A program made the translations under genes and the position numbers. Below are positions 61,561-64,000 of a stretch of 64,000 nt of DNA, piece by piece; positions within the stretch are counted from its first letter, which is position 1; each line of letters opens with the position of its first letter. A model generated the notes under the pieces. It saw only the letters and a list, made by a program, of their open reading frames with translations. It made no database searches and was not told where the DNA came from. Origin of the DNA: Cyanophora paradoxa CCMP329 (Eukaryota; Plantae; Glaucophyta); the NCBI GenBank assembly GCA_004431415.1, contig QPMI01000031.1:1-64000 (forward strand), given 5' to 3'.

Positions 61561-63796
61561 ATCCCCATACCGGGGACCCCGGCGCTCATTCCCGCCAAGG
61601 CACCCCGTTGCGACGATGGCGTTCGTCGCCCCGCCCTTCCCGCTGCGCCTACGGGCCTCATCAAGCCCTTCCTCGTCAACGCCGCAAGGCCGGTCTCGCC
61701 CAAGGCTGTCGTCGCCGCCGCCGCCGCGGCCCGCACGTCGACGTCGTCTCCACCCGCGTCGCCGAAGCCCGCGCGCCAATCCTCCTCTAAGTCGAACGAG
61801 AGACTGAAGGAGAAGCAAGCCGCGCAAGCGCCGCCGCCGCCGGCGCCGGCCGAGGCCGGCCCGTCCAAGGGAACTAAGGTGAATCCCGTGCTGGCCGCGC
61901 CGAGCCCGGCGCTCACGTCCCCAAACAGGGCCGTGGGCGTCCGAAAAACTCCAGCCAGCCCAAGCGCGCCTCGCCGCGGACGCAGAAGAAGGCGACGGCC
62001 CCAACGGCGCCGGCTCATGACGAGGACCAGGCGAGGCCCATCCCTCATACCCGAGCATCGCGCGCACTAAACAGAGATTATACGCAGCCCGATGAGCGGC
62101 AGCCGCTCCTCCAGGAGGCGCTGCCCGTGCCTAAGCCGCTGCCGACCAAGGCCCCGCCGGCGCCCCGCAACACCAAGCGCGGCAAGATGCTCACAGACCG
62201 GTCGAAGCGCACTCTCGTGCTGTCAAAGCTCAAGGCCGACGCCGCCGTCCTTTACGACAAGGAGCTAGTGCGCGCACCCGCCCCGAAGGCCGCGCCTCTA
62301 AAACCTGATCCCCGGCCCGGAACCGCGCTCGCAGTACAATAAGCTGATGAAGTTCGGCGACGGCGTCGATTTCACCAAGTTCCCGGACCTCGTCGAGGCG
62401 GATGGCACGCTGCGGCAGGACTACCTCGAGATCATCGCGAACAAGGCCCTCGAGGCGATCGGCTGGCTCGAGCGCGCCAGCCCCGTCATGACGGAGGTCT
62501 ACCTGATCGGCCGCCACAAGAAGGTGGCCCTCCTCCACCTCACCGACATCGAGGTCTCGATGGAAATGAACCGCGAGCTCCGCACCCGCTTCCCCGACGC
62601 GCGCGGCTGCCTCGCCGAGATCGAGCTCGCCCTCGGCCACGCGCACCGCACGCTCAAGGTACGCCGTCGCGCGCGCCGAGTGCGCGCACGTGCCGACGCT
62701 GGGCCCCGGCCCGCAGATCCGCTTCTGCCAGGACCTCTCCGTCGCGAGCCGCCACGCGGTCTACGCCGGCCTCACCGACGAGCAGCGCGAGCTGGGCTGG
62801 TCCTACCGCATCTTCTGCGGCATCCCGGGCGTCTACACCGACGAAGCCTTCGACGAGATGGCCCGGGTCCGCATGCCGAGCCTCCGCTAGCCCAGATAAA
62901 GAAAGATAAAACCGAGCCTAGCAATGGCCCAACCGCCGCGCGACCCCGCCTAAGCCCCGGCCCGTCTGCACAGTCGGTCTGGCTCGAGCCCGCCGTCGTC
63001 GACGGCAAGATCAAGACCGTGAACCTCACGGCCGACAAGCCCCGCCGCTTCAAGCGCGACGGTGACAACATCGCCGTCCTGGGCAAGGAGATGGAGCCCG
63101 TGCCGGACTCCGACGACTCCGAGGGCGAGGAGCAGGAAGTCCGCGCCCCCACTATACCCCGCCCGACGGCCCGGTACCCCTCCGCTCACACACGCGAGGC
63201 AGACGCTCTACCCCGACTCGGTGGCCCTCGAGGCCACCAAGAACAGCAAGAAGATCTCCCGGGAGCACCGCATCAACTACCCCGACGGGGTGGGCGGCCG
63301 CGCGTCCTACCGCCCCGGCCACTCCACGGGCGCACGCCGGCTCAACCGCCTCAGCGCCCTCAACGAGGACAAGACCCCCGAGGAGGCCGCCCAGATCGCG
63401 GCGGACCTCGCCGCCCAGTCCCGCAAGCGCGCGATTGAGCGCTTCGGCCCCGACGCCGTCAAGAAGCGCAAGGGCGGCGCCGCCGCCCCGCCCCCGCCGC
63501 CGGGGCCGCCGCCGCCCCCTCCGCCGACGCCTCCGCCGCCGCCGCGGCCGCCGCCGCCGCCGCTGCCGTCGCCGCCGCCGCCGCCGCCGCCGCCGCCCCG
63601 GCGCAGGCCGCCGCCCCGCGCCCGCCCCGGGCCCGGCTCCCGCCCCGGCCCCGGGCCGGCCACCATCTCGCTCACCAACTACCAGGCGGCCCAGCGTGTG
63701 CTTGCCGAGCTCACCTCGGCCCTCGGGGGCCCCGCCGCCATCGAGGCCCTCCTGGCCGGCCGCCGGGCGGCCGCCGCCGACAACGCGGCAGCGTAG
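61561..63796 (+). CDS. Hypothetical spliced protein (basic/Pro-rich ends, globular core); possibly retroelement ORF1-like
   Basis: Coding-biased exons MKFGDGVDF..HRTLK | IRFCQD..FDEM | SVWLEP..EEQE | TLYPDS..DNAAA*. Start unresolved. Confidence 0.55.
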
Positions 63797-64000
63797 ACCT
63801 CCCCCCTCTTTTCGATCCCAACGGCCTCGGCCCTTTCGCCCTTTCGGCCTCAGTCTCCTTTTTCACTTTTCTCTCTTTACAATTCGCGGTAGCACGACTG
63901 CCAAAGAAGGGGGCCTCATGACGAGCCCACCGCCCCCCTCTCTGAGTTAGATAGCTCCATGAAGCAATGTCACCTCCCTACCCCGCCCCCGCGCAAAGCC

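Overview
Eukaryotic nuclear DNA from a very GC-rich, intron-dense organism, probably an alga or protist; the taxon cannot be fixed from sequence alone. Most entries in the ORF track are artefacts of high GC, and the real genes are highly spliced with short GT-AG and GC-AG introns. Host genes: UTP20 (5'-partial, to 12348), two convergent soluble adenylyl cyclase (ADCY10-like) cyclase-NTPase genes, NOP15/NIFK and several hypothetical genes. One box C/D snoRNA-like unit occurs 5 times in a UTP20 intron and twice in a NOP15 intron. The 12.4-16.1 kb spacer holds a hAT-type MITE, a Tc1/mariner-type MITE and dense short palindromes. From about 42 kb onward the window is mostly mobile DNA. It has a CACTA-like end, then an 11.3-kb block bracketed by a 488-bp direct repeat. 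That block contains a spliced RAG1/Transib-like DDE transposase tail-to-tail with a BAH-domain gene, which is the best candidate for an undescribed system. It is followed by an L1/Tx1-like APE-RT retrotransposon with an antisense RNase H1 hybrid-binding-domain gene at its 3' end. Gene boundaries come from manual splicing and are approximate. Family assignments rest on recalled motifs, not database searches.
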